Source: Verrucomicrobiota bacterium
GTDB taxonomy: Bacteria; Verrucomicrobiota; Verrucomicrobiia; Limisphaerales; Palsa-1400
DNA: 64,000 nucleotides
Assembly (NCBI GenBank): GCA_049510745.1
Contig: JBEKYR010000004.1
Coordinates: 96,001 to 160,000 of the forward strand
Direction of reading: 5' to 3'
This document shows, piece by piece, positions 47,537 to 56,235 of this stretch; position 1 is the first letter of the stretch; every line of letters starts with the position of its first letter. A program made the translations under genes and the position numbers. The notes under the pieces were generated by a model, which worked only from the letters and a program-made list of their open reading frames with translations, did not search any database and was not told the origin of the DNA.

Positions 47537-49483
47537 TTACAGTGTTTTCAGAAAGTCGATCAAATCGTTGAGCTGGATTTTGTTCATATAACTGCTCACG
47601 CCGTGCATGTCGTTCGTATTGTAGGTGGTCCAGAGTTCCTCCAGTGTCTGGGCCCGGCCGTCGTGAAGATACGGCGCGGTGGTGGCGATGCCCAACAGGT
47701 GCGGGGTGTCGAACATCCCTCCGGTGCCCACATCGAAAGAGAGCCGCACCGAGTAAAGCGGCGGACGATGGCAGGTCGAGCACCGGCGTTCCTGCGGAAT
47801 CTCCTTGCCGTCCGGGGTCCTGGTGGCGAAGAAAATCGCGTTGCCGCGTTCTTGCGCCGGCGTCAACCTTCCATCCGCGCTCCTTGCGACGCGCGACGGC
47901 GGCAGTGACTTGATGAATGTCGTCAAGTCCCGCAAATCTCCCGGCGGAATCGGGTCGGTGCGCATCAACACCCGGGCGAATCGCGGGCCGCACTGCACTT
48001 CGAGGCTGGGATTTTTCCCGTTCCACTTGAACGGCTCGGTTCCGGCCACGCCCATCAGACTGCGGTTGTCCAGCAGGTTGTCGCCAATGCCGCTGGTGTC
48101 AAAATCATAACTGAGGCCGTCCACGTGGCCGTCGGGATGGCAGGAGCGGCAGGAAAACTGATTCTGGAACGTGTAACCCGCCTTCGTGAAAACCCTCTCA
48201 CCACGCCGGATCGGGTCGTTCAATCCGCCGTCGCCCAACACGATCCGGCCCCGCGCGCACAGGCTCCTGGCGTCCAACACGAGGATGCTGTCGGCAAGCC
48301 GCTCCGCAACGAACAGCGTGCCGCCATCCGGGCTGATCGCCAGTTGCTTCGGATTGCGGCGGGTGGGAATGCGGGCCGTGACGTATTCGGGTGAAAGCGA
48401 AAGGTCGTAAACCGCCTCCCGTTTCGTGGCCGGGTCCGCTTTTTCCAGCCAGGCCGCCAGTTTCTCCAAGTCCACGACCGTGACCACGTCGCCGCCGCCG
48501 GAGGCGATGAAGGCGCGGCGGCCAGCCGGGTCCGTCACGACTGCCGACGGATCGGCAAAATAATTGTTTGCCTCGTCGAGCGGCATCTGGATGACCGTGC
48601 CGGTTTTGATGTCCGTGACCGCCAGTCCGCTGGACATCACCCAGCCGCCGGCCACCTGCGTGATGGGGACAAGATTGCGCACCTTGACCAGCGACGTCAG
48701 CATCCATGGCCGCGAGGGCACGGCGCAAACGCCTTCCGACAGATGGGCCGAATCCAATGATTCGCGCCGCACCGTGCGCGCTGTCATCGGGTCAATCTCG
48801 GTGATTTCCGACGCGGGACCTGCCATAACCGGGCCCAGTCTGACCAAGCGGTTGGCGGCGAAAGCGCGAGTTCCGTCCGGAGTGATGGCCACGGCATACG
48901 GCTGGCGTCCGGCCAGGGGCCGGCCCAGTTCCTGCAATGGCGAGACGGAAAGCACCGAAATGTCATCCGACATGGAATTGGCCACCACAAGCCGGTCGCC
49001 GGACGCTGTGCGGCAAAAGGCCACCGCCACAGGCCCCATTCCCACCGGCGCCGACGCGGTTTCGCTCAAAGTTTGCGTGTCCAGCACCGCCAGGCGGTCG
49101 CCGTCCCGGCAGGTGACGAAGAGGCTTTTGCCCGCCGCATCCAAAGCCAGTCCGAATGGCCGGCCCGCCACTTTGGCCCGGCGGAGCACCTTCCGCGAGG
49201 CAATGTCCGCCTCGGCCACTTCATCGCGATCATCAAGGGCGATGTAAATCTTCTTTCCGTCCGGCGAAACCGCCAGGCCGGCAGGGGCATCGTGGTGGGG
49301 CCTGGGTTTCGCCCACGGAAGACGGGCAGTTGAAACGAAATGGCAGTTGAAACAGGTGACCTTCGCGAGGTCTTTTTGACCCGACATCCGCCGCATGTGA
49401 TCTGTCCAGTCGTGCTTAAGCCCAAGACCCGGCCCGACAAATCCCGCCAAGATCAATGCGAATGAAACGCAGCGTCTTTTCAT
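47537..49483 (-). CDS. Triheme fusion: N-terminal heme + YVTN/YncE beta-propeller + di-heme cytochrome c peroxidase/MauG-like domain (HzsB-HzsC-like architecture)
   Basis: CFNCH; P.GLA.SPDG repeats; G...F...SCRSCHPDG, PF.WNG, RG..IF...CSTCH, TP.L.G....APYLHDGRA.TLEE. Confidence 0.85.
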   Translation of the reverse strand: MKRRCVSFALILAGFVGPGLGLKHDWTDHMRRMSGQKDLAKVTCFNCHFVSTARLPWAKPRPHHDAPAGLAVSPDGKKIYIALDDRDEVAEADIASRKVLRRAKVAGRPFGLALDAAGKSLFVTCRDGDRLAVLDTQTLSETASAPVGMGPVAVAFCRTASGDRLVVANSMSDDISVLSVSPLQELGRPLAGRQPYAVAITPDGTRAFAANRLVRLGPVMAGPASEITEIDPMTARTVRRESLDSAHLSEGVCAVPSRPWMLTSLVKVRNLVPITQVAGGWVMSSGLAVTDIKTGTVIQMPLDEANNYFADPSAVVTDPAGRRAFIASGGGDVVTVVDLEKLAAWLEKADPATKREAVYDLSLSPEYVTARIPTRRNPKQLAISPDGGTLFVAERLADSILVLDARSLCARGRIVLGDGGLNDPIRRGERVFTKAGYTFQNQFSCRSCHPDGHVDGLSYDFDTSGIGDNLLDNRSLMGVAGTEPFKWNGKNPSLEVQCGPRFARVLMRTDPIPPGDLRDLTTFIKSLPPSRVARSADGRLTPAQERGNAIFFATRTPDGKEIPQERRCSTCHRPPLYSVRLSFDVGTGGMFDTPHLLGIATTAPYLHDGRAQTLEELWTTYNTNDMHGVSSYMNKIQLNDLIDFLKTL

Positions 49484-50943
49484 TTCTCAGATTTGGCCTT
49501 GGCCAGCTTTGCCGTTTCCAAACTCAGGCACGGCACAGGCGCGTTCACGGCCAGCGGGCGATGGTTGTGCGGAGCGCGATTGGGAGGTGGGTGACAGCCG
49601 ATGCAGGAGCGGTTTTCGCCCGGACGCACCCACATGAAGGGACGCTGCCGCCGAAGGGTTCGTCCGCTTTCGCCAATCACTTCAAAGCCCAAAGGCATAT
49701 CCGCCGGCACTTCGGCGAGAAATGAGCCGTCGGCTTGCACCGGAACCTCTCCGAGCGGCCGGACAATTCCCGGCGAGATCTCCGCGGTCACACGGACGCG
49801 AGTTGCCGAAGGCGGCGGCCCATCATTGTCAGAAGAGTCCCGCGTGAAGTTCGCGTCGAGACAAAGAATTTTTCCGGTCCGCTTTGTGAAATCCAGAGTT
49901 GAAAGCCGTCCCAGGGGCGGGCGATGAGCAGAGACTTCGACCGCCTCCAGAAAGCCCCACTTCGGATCGGCAACGAGTGGCGCGCCTAAAGTGGTGGCGC
50001 TTGCGCTGAGGCGGAACACCGCCGGTAAAGTCCAATTGCCCGGCAGCCCCGCGGCGCAAGCCAGGAAATCCTCATCGCCGGCCGGTTGCACCGACAGGAG
50101 ACGCGCCATCACGTTCGAGAGCAACAGCGAACCATCCTGGCAAGGTCGTGCCATGCGGACGAATTCCGCCAGACCCTCCGGCGAACCGGAGCCGGCTTTG
50201 GGAACGAGGAAGGCAACCCGACCGCCGGAAATCTGACGGGGTTGTGCCATCAGTGACACCGGAAGTTTTTGTTCGGCGAACTCTGTAATCTCCGTGCCGT
50301 CGTTGTTGATCGTGTAAAGCGCGCATTCAGGCGCGGAGCCCGGCGACGGACTTTGCAGGGCGGCGAACAGAATTCTGCCATCCGAGAGCACCGTGGAGTC
50401 GAGGACCGGACTCGAACCGAACGTGAGCTGGCGGGGCTGGCCGCCCGGCGATTGCACGAACAGCGCCGACGGGCGCCGGCTTGCTTTTGCGCCATCGATT
50501 TTGGGCACCGGTGAAATGAAAACGAGACTCCCGTTGGGCAAGAGTGTCGGACTCATGGCGCCGCCAGGCATCGAGGTCAAAACGCGCGGACCCCAGCCTG
50601 CCAATAGCGTTTCATAAATTTGCCAGTCGCTTGCGGCTGTGGCCTTGCCGACGAAGAAAATGCGCTCTCCGTCATACGAAACAACCGGACTGCCGGCGGC
50701 AACGAGAGATTCCGAAAGGATTTTCTCGTGTCTTGCGTCAAAAGGCGCTTCCCGGAGAACCACGCGGCTGCCGATTGGATAACGCGCCTCGAGAACATCC
50801 GTTGCCGGATGAATTGCGGCCGAAGCCGGCGCCTTCGTCAAAACCAGCGAGCCGGATGGCGCGGGCCGGTCGCATCCGGCGCCAACGAGAAGGAGCAGAC
50901 CAACGGCAGAGCATTCGATTTGGGAAATACGTTCCGCTTTCAC
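49480..50943 (-). CDS. Hydrazine synthase alpha-subunit-like lipoprotein (propeller + HZS-alpha middle domain + one heme)
   Basis: Lipobox-like GAGC; P.VSYDG..I.F, DGRILF, LYTINNDGT; LGEVPVQADGSF..EVPAD.P..F......G...W+RPGENRSCIGCH. Confidence 0.8.
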   Translation of the reverse strand: MKAERISQIECSAVGLLLLVGAGCDRPAPSGSLVLTKAPASAAIHPATDVLEARYPIGSRVVLREAPFDARHEKILSESLVAAGSPVVSYDGERIFFVGKATAASDWQIYETLLAGWGPRVLTSMPGGAMSPTLLPNGSLVFISPVPKIDGAKASRRPSALFVQSPGGQPRQLTFGSSPVLDSTVLSDGRILFAALQSPSPGSAPECALYTINNDGTEITEFAEQKLPVSLMAQPRQISGGRVAFLVPKAGSGSPEGLAEFVRMARPCQDGSLLLSNVMARLLSVQPAGDEDFLACAAGLPGNWTLPAVFRLSASATTLGAPLVADPKWGFLEAVEVSAHRPPLGRLSTLDFTKRTGKILCLDANFTRDSSDNDGPPPSATRVRVTAEISPGIVRPLGEVPVQADGSFLAEVPADMPLGFEVIGESGRTLRRQRPFMWVRPGENRSCIGCHPPPNRAPHNHRPLAVNAPVPCLSLETAKLAKAKSEK

Positions 50944-52679
50944 GGTGCCTTTTGTTCGGCGGGTTCACGCACTTTGAAGATTTGATCCACAGGAACGTTG
51001 GTCAACTCCTGGACCACTCCGCTCGGCCATCGAATTTCCATGCGATCCACCATCGTCGCTTTGCCGAGACCGAAATGCAGGCGCCGGTCACTCTGCATCA
51101 GGAAACCGAACGCGCAGCGCGCTTCACTGAAGAGGGTCTTGCCGCCCGCGGTGAGCTTCACTTTTGCGCCAAAGCCATCCCGATTGCTCTTCACCCCCTG
51201 CAAATCAAGCGTCAGCCAGTGGTTGCCGGATTTATCGCGGTTGTGAAGCAGAAACGGACGGTCCCCGATCGTGGTGACTATTATGTCCATTCGACCGTCA
51301 TTGTCATAATCGGCGACCGCAGATCCTCGCGCATTAATCTTGGTTTTGAAATAAGCGCCACCCTTTGCCGCGGCATCCGTGAATGTGCCGTCGCCGCGGT
51401 TTTCCAACAGCAGACTTTCCCAGCCGACCAGGTAATGCGGATCGCCGTTGGCAATGAAGATGTCGAGCTTGCCGGAATTGTCGAAGTCGAGGGCACAGCC
51501 GCCCCAACCGACGAATTGCGCGGTCAGCGCGCCGAGACCGGATGCCATCATGCGGTCGTCATAAATTCCGTTAGTTCTGCCCATGTAAAGCGAACCATAC
51601 CCAAGGCGCGTGATGAGCAGGTCCTGCAGGCCGTCGCCCTTGAAATCGGCTATCGTAGCCGCCATTGAGCCGGCGGCCTCGCCCATGGCGTTGAAGGCCA
51701 CGCCAGCCTGGAGCGCGATGTCTTTGAAGTGGCCCCTGCCGTCGTTGACCAGCAGCAGATTCGGCGTGCCGTCGTTGGAGACATAAAGATCCGGCGCGCC
51801 GTCGCCGTTGCAATCAAACGTCGCCACCGACATCGCCCGGTGTCCGGCAATTTCGATGCCGGAAGATTTGCTGACGTCCTCGAACGTGCCGTCACCGCGA
51901 TTGTGATAGAGCTTGTTGAACTGAGGCTTGTAGGAGAGCGGGCCGGGATACGCGTCGGGATTGTAATAAAGCTGGTAATTAGGATCAAAGGCGAGATAAT
52001 TCGCAACGAAGAGATCGAGCTTGCCATCGTTATCCGCGTCGAGCCAGACCGCGCCAATGCCTGTGCCGCCGAGATTGGCGACCCCTGCTTTTTCAGTCAC
52101 GTCTTCAAAAGTGCCGTCGCCTCGATTGTGATAAAGATAGCAGCGCCCCACACCAACGACGAAAAGGTCCTCATGCCCGTCGTTGTCGTAGTCACCGGCG
52201 ATCGCGGCCGTGCAATAGCCCATGCCGCTCAAACCGGCTTTTTCTGTGACGTCCTCGAACGTGCCGTCATGCCGGTTGCGGTAAAGACGATTGGGCTGGC
52301 GGACGGTGCCGGGCGGGTGATGCGTGACGCCGTCCAGCGGCCCGGAATTGACGAGGAACAAATCGGGCCAACCATCGCCATCATAGTCAAGCCAACAACC
52401 CCCCGCGCCGTTGGATTCCAGGATGTTGGCAATTTTTGAATCACAGAACTGGTGGACGAACTTGATGCCGGCCTTGGCGGTGACATCCTCGAACAAATCG
52501 TCCGGCCCGGCGGGAATCGGAGGCGTTGTCGCGCGACTCGGCGATGCTTGGGGCGGGCTGGAAGGCGAACGCCGCGTGATCGTTTTAACGCCGGCAACAG
52601 CCAGCGCCACAACCAGAATTAGCAACAAGGCGACCCCGATCTTGCGAGAACTTTTTTTTTGCTGGTTCATAGTTGACAT
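50940..52679 (-). CDS. CRTAC1-like FG-GAP/ASPIC-UnbV protein #3 (N-terminal TM anchor)
   Basis: Repeated DYD.DG..DL, RG.A.ADYDNDG, SNRDG.GA, LHFGLG. Confidence 0.9.
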   Translation of the reverse strand: MSTMNQQKKSSRKIGVALLLILVVALAVAGVKTITRRSPSSPPQASPSRATTPPIPAGPDDLFEDVTAKAGIKFVHQFCDSKIANILESNGAGGCWLDYDGDGWPDLFLVNSGPLDGVTHHPPGTVRQPNRLYRNRHDGTFEDVTEKAGLSGMGYCTAAIAGDYDNDGHEDLFVVGVGRCYLYHNRGDGTFEDVTEKAGVANLGGTGIGAVWLDADNDGKLDLFVANYLAFDPNYQLYYNPDAYPGPLSYKPQFNKLYHNRGDGTFEDVSKSSGIEIAGHRAMSVATFDCNGDGAPDLYVSNDGTPNLLLVNDGRGHFKDIALQAGVAFNAMGEAAGSMAATIADFKGDGLQDLLITRLGYGSLYMGRTNGIYDDRMMASGLGALTAQFVGWGGCALDFDNSGKLDIFIANGDPHYLVGWESLLLENRGDGTFTDAAAKGGAYFKTKINARGSAVADYDNDGRMDIIVTTIGDRPFLLHNRDKSGNHWLTLDLQGVKSNRDGFGAKVKLTAGGKTLFSEARCAFGFLMQSDRRLHFGLGKATMVDRMEIRWPSGVVQELTNVPVDQIFKVREPAEQKAP

Positions 52680-52765
52680 TTCCGCGGCGCGAAGAAACCA
52701 CTGCCGTTCAAGCCCATAACGAAAACCTAATCTGACATTAGGCGCACTAAGCTACGCGCGCGTTC

Positions 52766-52834
52766 AGATTAGCGGTGGAACCGTGATGAAAAAAAGAATG
52801 CCGGGCCGGACGGCTCGTTTTCTGGGATAAACGG
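52766..52834 (-). promoter_or_regulatory. Candidate LytTR boxes (21-bp period) plus -10 for the leftward 9-gene operon
   Basis: Minus strand CCGTTTATCCC (52834-52824), CCGTCCGGCCC (52813-52803), then TAATCT (52771-52766). Confidence 0.6.
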
Positions 52835-52934
52835 AGTGTATCAAGCTGGAAATGACAATTCGTCCTGCTCCGTCCTGCTTTATGTGCATTTCACTTTCCC
52901 TTTCTTCTCATTCGAGGTTAAGTAGGCGCCGGAT

Positions 52935-55900
52935 ATGTCAAAGCGAATCGTTTTAATCGCCCTTGGAGTCGGAGTCATCTTGATTTTGGCGGTGATTGTC
53001 CTTCTCTCTCGCCAATCCCGAAGTGCTCAGGAGCAATTCACGCGCTTGATGGTTCGTGGCAATGGTTATTTGGAAAAGGGGGACGCGACCAACGCCATCA
53101 GCGCTTGCTTGCAAGTCGTGAAGCTGGCGCCGGAAAATCTCGACGCGCGGCTGAACCTCGCCAACGCGTATTTGCTCGCCGGAGATTTGCCGGGTGTGAT
53201 CGAGCAATGCCGGCAGGCGGTGGCTATCGACCATAACAGTGCCGCGGCCTACTACCTGATGGGTTGCGCTTATCTGCGGCAAAATCAGGCGGAGCGAGCC
53301 GTCCAGTCGTTTCAACAATCGAAACAGATTGATCCCGCCGTTACTGCGCTGGACTTCCAACTTGGTTTGGCCCAAGCCGCCCTGAGCCATGTGCAGGACG
53401 CGATCAGCCAATTTCAAACGGTCGTTCGTTTCGATCCGGACCATCCTTCAGCGCACTATCAACTCAGCAAGCTTTATCAACATGAGGGCCGCCTCGACGA
53501 CGCGGCGCGTGAGATGCAGATGCACCAGGAAGTTTTGGCTAAACATGCCGCCAACGCAAGTGGCCCGGCTGCTTTCGAACGATGCAAATATACGCAACCC
53601 AGAATCGCCTTTGTGCTGGAACAACCGGATCGCCGGGGAGTTCCCGTGCATTTCGTGGACGCCACCGCCACGGCATGTGCGCTAGCTTCCAACTATCATG
53701 CGCCGCTGGCGGTATTGGACCTCAACCATGACGGACGCAACAGCTTGTTCGTTTGCGAAGGCGACAAAGGTTTTCGCGTTTTGAACAATCAAAACGGGCG
53801 GTTTGAACCATTGAGTGAACTTTTGCCGGGCCGGTCGGGGGCGGTGTATCAACGTGCCTTGGTTGGTGACGTGAACAATGATCGTTTCGAGGATGTGATC
53901 GTTCTGGGCGAGCAAGTGTCGCACGCGTTCAAATTTGCCACCAATGGCCAGGCACGAGAGGTCACGACGTTTGCCGGCCTGAAGAATCTAAAAGCTCGCG
54001 ACGGCCTGCTGGCTGACCTGGACTTTACTGGAAAACTTGATTTGCTGGCGGTTCTGCCGGACGGAACCGGCCTGAGCCTTTACCAAAATCTCGGGAATTT
54101 TTATTTTCAAAACCAGACCAATTCGGGTCTGCCGGCGGCGGTGGACGGTGCCGCGCATGTTGCGGTCGAGGATTGGAACAACGAGGACGTGCCCGGCGTT
54201 TTCGTGACGCGTGCCGGCAAGCCGCCTCTCTTTTTCCCAAAACAGCGCGCCGGAACTTTTACCGCAACGAATACGCCCCCGGACTGGCCCGTGGGCGAAT
54301 GTATTGCGACGGGGGATCTGAACAATGATCTTCGACCCGACCTGGTCGTGGCGGGCGAGCGCAACCTGGAAATCGTTTTCGGCGGCCTGAAAGAGCGGAC
54401 AACCATTCCTCTGGATGGGCTGCGGGTAAAGGGGCTTCTGCTCGTGGACTACGACAATGACGGCTGGCTGGATATCATCGCCTACGGCAATGGCGTGCGG
54501 GTGTGGCGAAACTTGGGGAAGGCGGGATTTGTTGATGTGACCAAGGAGCTGGGCCTCGACCAAATCAATTCCGTGGACGCACTGGTGGCCGCAGATATCG
54601 ACAACGACGGGGCCACCGATCTGGTGTTGAGCGGGCCCAACGGCTTGCAGTTCTGGCGCAACGACGGCGGCAACGCCAACCGGCAATTGAAATTGCACCT
54701 GGCCTGCAATCGCTCGAACGCGAGCGCACTGGGGGTGCGCGTTGAGCTGGCTGCCGGAAATTGGAGGACGCTTCGCACGTTGCAGCAGCTTCCACTTGAG
54801 ATCGGCGTGGGGAAACACGACAAACTTGACGCGCTAAAAATCCGCTGGTTCGACACCGCGAGCACCCTGGTGGACGTGCCCGTTCAAACGAATCAACTGA
54901 CCGTGGATGAATTGACCGTGCCAACCGGCTCCTGTCCTTATCTGTACGCCTGGAACGGAAAACGTTTCCAGTTCGTGACCGACATCCTTGGCGCCGCCCC
55001 GCTCGGCTTGCCCGCGAGCAAAACGCGTTATTCCGACGCTGACCCGGAAGAGTTTCTCGCCTTGGGAGATGATCAAAAATGTCTGCCGAAGGACGGCCGC
55101 TACGAACTTCGAATCACCGAAGAGCTTCGGGAAGTGCTTTACCTCGACGAAGCCAAGCTGGTCGTGGTGGATCATCCTGCCGGCACGCTCGTTTGTCCGG
55201 CGGGCAAATTGGCGCCCGGCAGGCCGTTTCCACCGCACGGACTCTGGACGTTGCGTCCGCTGGCCCCACTTAAACGCGCGACCCGTAGCGACGGTCTTGA
55301 TGTGACGAGAGCTTTGAGCGCGACGGATGGCGAGATGGTTTCGCCGGTCCGCTTGCGCGAGCCCCAACTCCGCGGATTGGCTGAGCCTTTTTCCGTCACG
55401 ATGGATTTCGGCGAACTGGGAACGGATCTTCCGCTGGTTCTGGTTTTGAACGGCTGGTTGCGTTTCGGGGGCGGCATGGCAAATGTGGCCGCGTCGCTGG
55501 ATCCGAATCTCCCGTTTCCCTTCCCCACCCTTGAAACCGAATTGAGCGATGGTTCCTGGACGAATGTGGATGTCGTCGTCGGCGCGCCCTGCGGAAAAAC
55601 CAAAACGATTCTGGTTGATCTGGAGCACAAGCTTCCGCCGGGCGCCCGGCGGCTGCGACTGACCACCGCCTTTGAAATTTACTGGGATTCCGCCTTCCTC
55701 GCGGAAAAAATCACGGCTGAAAATAACCGTCAGGTCACTCTCGCGCCGGACCAAACGGATTTGCATTGGCGGGGATTTAGCGAGTTCATGCCGTTGCCCG
55801 ACTGGCTGCCGCTCACGCCGGATTACGAGAAGGTTCGATCCGACCCGCCCTGGCGGCGCACGCCCTCCGGCTGGTGCACACGCTACGGACCGGTGGACGA

Positions 55901-56213
55901 GCTGATTGCAAACAGTGACGACGCTCTGGTGTTGTTAAACGGCGGTGATGAGCTTGCGCTGTCTTTCAAAGCCGATCGTTTGCCGGTGAAGCCTGCAGGT
56001 TTTGTTCGGGACTTCTATCTTTACGTTGTCGGCTGGGACAAGGACGCTGATTTCCATGTCGCCCAGGGCTGGCGTGTCGAACCGTTGCCGTTTCACGGAA
56101 TGGACGATCAAAAATACGCTCATCCATCTCCGCCGGCGGCCGAGAAGGATTGGGTTGAGAAATACAACACGCGTTGGGTGGGGCCAATGGTGTTCAGCAA
56201 GCGGGTAAAATAA
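52935..56213 (+). CDS. TPR + FG-GAP + ASPIC-UnbV protein with C-terminal SCPYLY domain (#4)
   Basis: TM anchor, TPRs, D.+NDG..D repeats, SN.SALG, GSCPYLYAWNG, E...LD, GWDKDAD. Confidence 0.88.
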   Translation: MSKRIVLIALGVGVILILAVIVLLSRQSRSAQEQFTRLMVRGNGYLEKGDATNAISACLQVVKLAPENLDARLNLANAYLLAGDLPGVIEQCRQAVAIDHNSAAAYYLMGCAYLRQNQAERAVQSFQQSKQIDPAVTALDFQLGLAQAALSHVQDAISQFQTVVRFDPDHPSAHYQLSKLYQHEGRLDDAAREMQMHQEVLAKHAANASGPAAFERCKYTQPRIAFVLEQPDRRGVPVHFVDATATACALASNYHAPLAVLDLNHDGRNSLFVCEGDKGFRVLNNQNGRFEPLSELLPGRSGAVYQRALVGDVNNDRFEDVIVLGEQVSHAFKFATNGQAREVTTFAGLKNLKARDGLLADLDFTGKLDLLAVLPDGTGLSLYQNLGNFYFQNQTNSGLPAAVDGAAHVAVEDWNNEDVPGVFVTRAGKPPLFFPKQRAGTFTATNTPPDWPVGECIATGDLNNDLRPDLVVAGERNLEIVFGGLKERTTIPLDGLRVKGLLLVDYDNDGWLDIIAYGNGVRVWRNLGKAGFVDVTKELGLDQINSVDALVAADIDNDGATDLVLSGPNGLQFWRNDGGNANRQLKLHLACNRSNASALGVRVELAAGNWRTLRTLQQLPLEIGVGKHDKLDALKIRWFDTASTLVDVPVQTNQLTVDELTVPTGSCPYLYAWNGKRFQFVTDILGAAPLGLPASKTRYSDADPEEFLALGDDQKCLPKDGRYELRITEELREVLYLDEAKLVVVDHPAGTLVCPAGKLAPGRPFPPHGLWTLRPLAPLKRATRSDGLDVTRALSATDGEMVSPVRLREPQLRGLAEPFSVTMDFGELGTDLPLVLVLNGWLRFGGGMANVAASLDPNLPFPFPTLETELSDGSWTNVDVVVGAPCGKTKTILVDLEHKLPPGARRLRLTTAFEIYWDSAFLAEKITAENNRQVTLAPDQTDLHWRGFSEFMPLPDWLPLTPDYEKVRSDPPWRRTPSGWCTRYGPVDELIANSDDALVLLNGGDELALSFKADRLPVKPAGFVRDFYLYVVGWDKDADFHVAQGWRVEPLPFHGMDDQKYAHPSPPAAEKDWVEKYNTRWVGPMVFSKRVK

Positions 56214-56235
56214 CCGCGCTCCAGCGAGCATCCAA

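Noticed and set aside
47537..50943. Calling the organism anammox or the genes bona fide hzsABC
   Set aside because: The alpha-like protein lacks the C-terminal heme domain, no octaheme HAO/HDH gene is in the window, and the context is not Brocadiales-like. Only architectural homology is supported.
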